From assembly GCA_041906305.1 (NCBI GenBank), contig JAYRJL010000007.1, positions 196,042-260,041 on the forward strand: DNA of 64,000 bases. Direction: 5' to 3'. The stretch is from Alphaproteobacteria bacterium. GTDB taxonomy: Bacteria > Pseudomonadota > Alphaproteobacteria > SHVZ01. Within the stretch, counting starts at the first letter, position 1; each line of letters opens with the position of its first letter. The translations under genes were made by a program, and so were the position numbers. Positions 62,768 through 64,000 of this stretch are shown here, piece after piece. The notes below the pieces were generated by a model that had not been told where the DNA came from, did not search any database, and worked only from the letters and a program-made list of their open reading frames with translations.

Positions 62768-64000
62768 TCAGAACGTCGGCGGCGCCAGCTGCGGGAAGCG
62801 GGGGGCCTGCGGCTTGAGCGGCGGGCCGAGCGTCGCATGCACGTCGACGCCGCTCTTGAGCACCAGCCGGTGGTTGGCGCGGTCCGAGGCGGCGGTGATG
62901 TCCTTCGCCGGATTACCCTTCACCAGCAGCATGTCGGCCCAATAGCCTTCCCTGAGGCGGCCGCGATCGGCGAAGCCGATCAGGTCGGCGGCGTTGCCCG
63001 TGCCGGCGCGGATCGCGTCGATCGGCGTGACGCCGAGATCGACCAGCAGCTTCAGCTCCTGCGCGTTCTCGCCGTGATAGTTGAAGGGCGTGCCGGCATC
63101 GGTGCCGAGTGCCAGCTTGCCGCCGGCCTTGTAGAACTTCAGCGTCGACTGCCGGTGCATCTCGTAGAAGCGCTGGCCCTTGTCGAGGATATAGTAGGGG
63201 AGCGCGCCGGGCTTCGAGAGCGTGCGGTCCAGCGCCGCCAGGGTCGCCACCAGATAGACGTTGCGCTTGATCATCTCGGCCATCACCTCGTCGGTGATCT
63301 GGAAGCCGTGCTCGATCGAGTGGATGCCGCCCTTGACCGCGTTCAGGATGCCGGGCGCGCCCTGGGCGTGCGCCGTGCTCTTGCGACCGAAGCGCTGCGC
63401 CTCGGCGATGCCTGCCGAGATCTCTTCGAGCGTGAGCTGCGCCAGCATCGGGTCGACGTTCGGCGTCGCGACGCCGCCGGTGGCGATGAACTTGATGTGG
63501 TCGGCACCGGCCTTGATGTTCTCGCGCACGGCCTTGACCACGTCGAGCGGTCCGTCGGCTTCACGCCCGAGGAACCAGCCGTGGCCGCCGGTCATGCAGA
63601 TGACCTTGCCGGCGCAGTGGATGGTGGGACCAAGCTGGTAGCCGGCGTTGATCGTCTCGCGGATCGAGATCTCGATGTAGTCGCGGCCGCCGAGATCGCG
63701 GACCGCGGTGAAGCCGCCGCGGAGCGTCGACTGCGCCAGCTCGAGGCCGCGCATCACCGTGTCCTGCACCGAATGCGAGCGGATGCTCGCCATCACGCTG
63801 GGCTCGCCGGGTAGCACGAGGTGGACGTGGCAGTCGATCAGCCCCGGCATCAACGTGCAGCCGCTGGTGTCGACCTTGGTGCCGTCGAAGCCCTGGAACT
63901 CGCCGGCCGGGGCGATGCGGGCGATCTTGCCGTTCTCGACCACGACGCCGAGGCCTTCCTTCGGCTCGGCGCTGCCGTCGAAGACCAGACCGCCGACATA
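62768..64000 (-). CDS. amidohydrolase family protein (metal-dependent hydrolase), 5' end outside the window
   Basis: Blocks PGLIDCHVHL, HIKFIATGG, AHAQG and LGTDAG. The reading frame stays open and family-like (YVGGLVFDGSAEPKEGLGVVVENGK) up to nt 64000, so the GTG at 63943 in the track is not the real start. Confidence 0.88.
   Translation of the reverse strand, partial: YVGGLVFDGSAEPKEGLGVVVENGKIARIAPAGEFQGFDGTKVDTSGCTLMPGLIDCHVHLVLPGEPSVMASIRSHSVQDTVMRGLELAQSTLRGGFTAVRDLGGRDYIEISIRETINAGYQLGPTIHCAGKVICMTGGHGWFLGREADGPLDVVKAVRENIKAGADHIKFIATGGVATPNVDPMLAQLTLEEISAGIAEAQRFGRKSTAHAQGAPGILNAVKGGIHSIEHGFQITDEVMAEMIKRNVYLVATLAALDRTLSKPGALPYYILDKGQRFYEMHRQSTLKFYKAGGKLALGTDAGTPFNYHGENAQELKLLVDLGVTPIDAIRAGTGNAADLIGFADRGRLREGYWADMLLVKGNPAKDITAASDRANHRLVLKSGVDVHATLGPPLKPQAPRFPQLAPPTF

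Overview
High-GC (about two-thirds G+C by eye) chromosomal segment. Its gene content looks like an alphaproteobacterium of the Rhizobiales/Hyphomicrobiales type (inference from the tpiA-secG-pyrG-kdsA synteny, a pim-like beta-oxidation cluster, and many family-5 and HAAT ABC importers). I support about 60 densely packed protein-coding genes, many joined by 1-4 nt start/stop overlaps.

Gene order, left to right:
- amidase + Ldh_2 dehydrogenase (-)
- pcaHGBC protocatechuate branch (+)
- GntR / SBP / SDR / GGT-1 module (-)
- ubiX + channel-like membrane protein (+)
- PhzF-like + HAD dehalogenase (-)
- UxuA-like dehydratase + family-5 ABC importer + NIPSNAP (+)
- an 8-gene minus-strand operon: two permeases, fused ATPase, two tandem leaderless GGT-family hydrolases, DAO-type flavoprotein, MmgE/PrpD protein; its Tat-SBP and GlxA/AraC regulator are divergent
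- a pim-like acyl-CoA beta-oxidation operon (-), divergent from IclR + LivGFHM-K-type importer + thiolase (+)
- small secreted protein, tartrate dehydrogenase, GNAT
- an uncharacterised three-gene minus-strand unit (DUF3303 plus two hypotheticals)
- MocR + PNPOx-like, MFS
- housekeeping block: ppiD-like, tpiA, secG, pyrG, kdsA, eda, GT9, quinone oxidoreductase, a small membrane protein, and a partial amidohydrolase running off the right edge

I saw no rRNA, tRNA, CRISPR array, integrase or transposase. Most very long ORFs in the track are antisense or out-of-frame shadows typical of high-GC DNA. I trimmed many track ORFs to internal starts using family N-termini, Shine-Dalgarno spacing and third-position GC.

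Most interesting signals:
1. The importer operon with two cytoplasmic GGT paralogues. A third GGT paralogue sits 16 kb away.
2. A unique 60-nt AT-rich, rare-codon island inside GGT-2 that also forms a near-consensus antisense promoter.
3. The uncharacterised DUF3303-A-B unit.
4. A REP-like GGGAGGG palindromic repeat family.
5. Several tight, unexpected gene couplings (ubiX-channel, kdsA-eda-GT9).

All functional calls come from reading motifs by eye; no database search was run.
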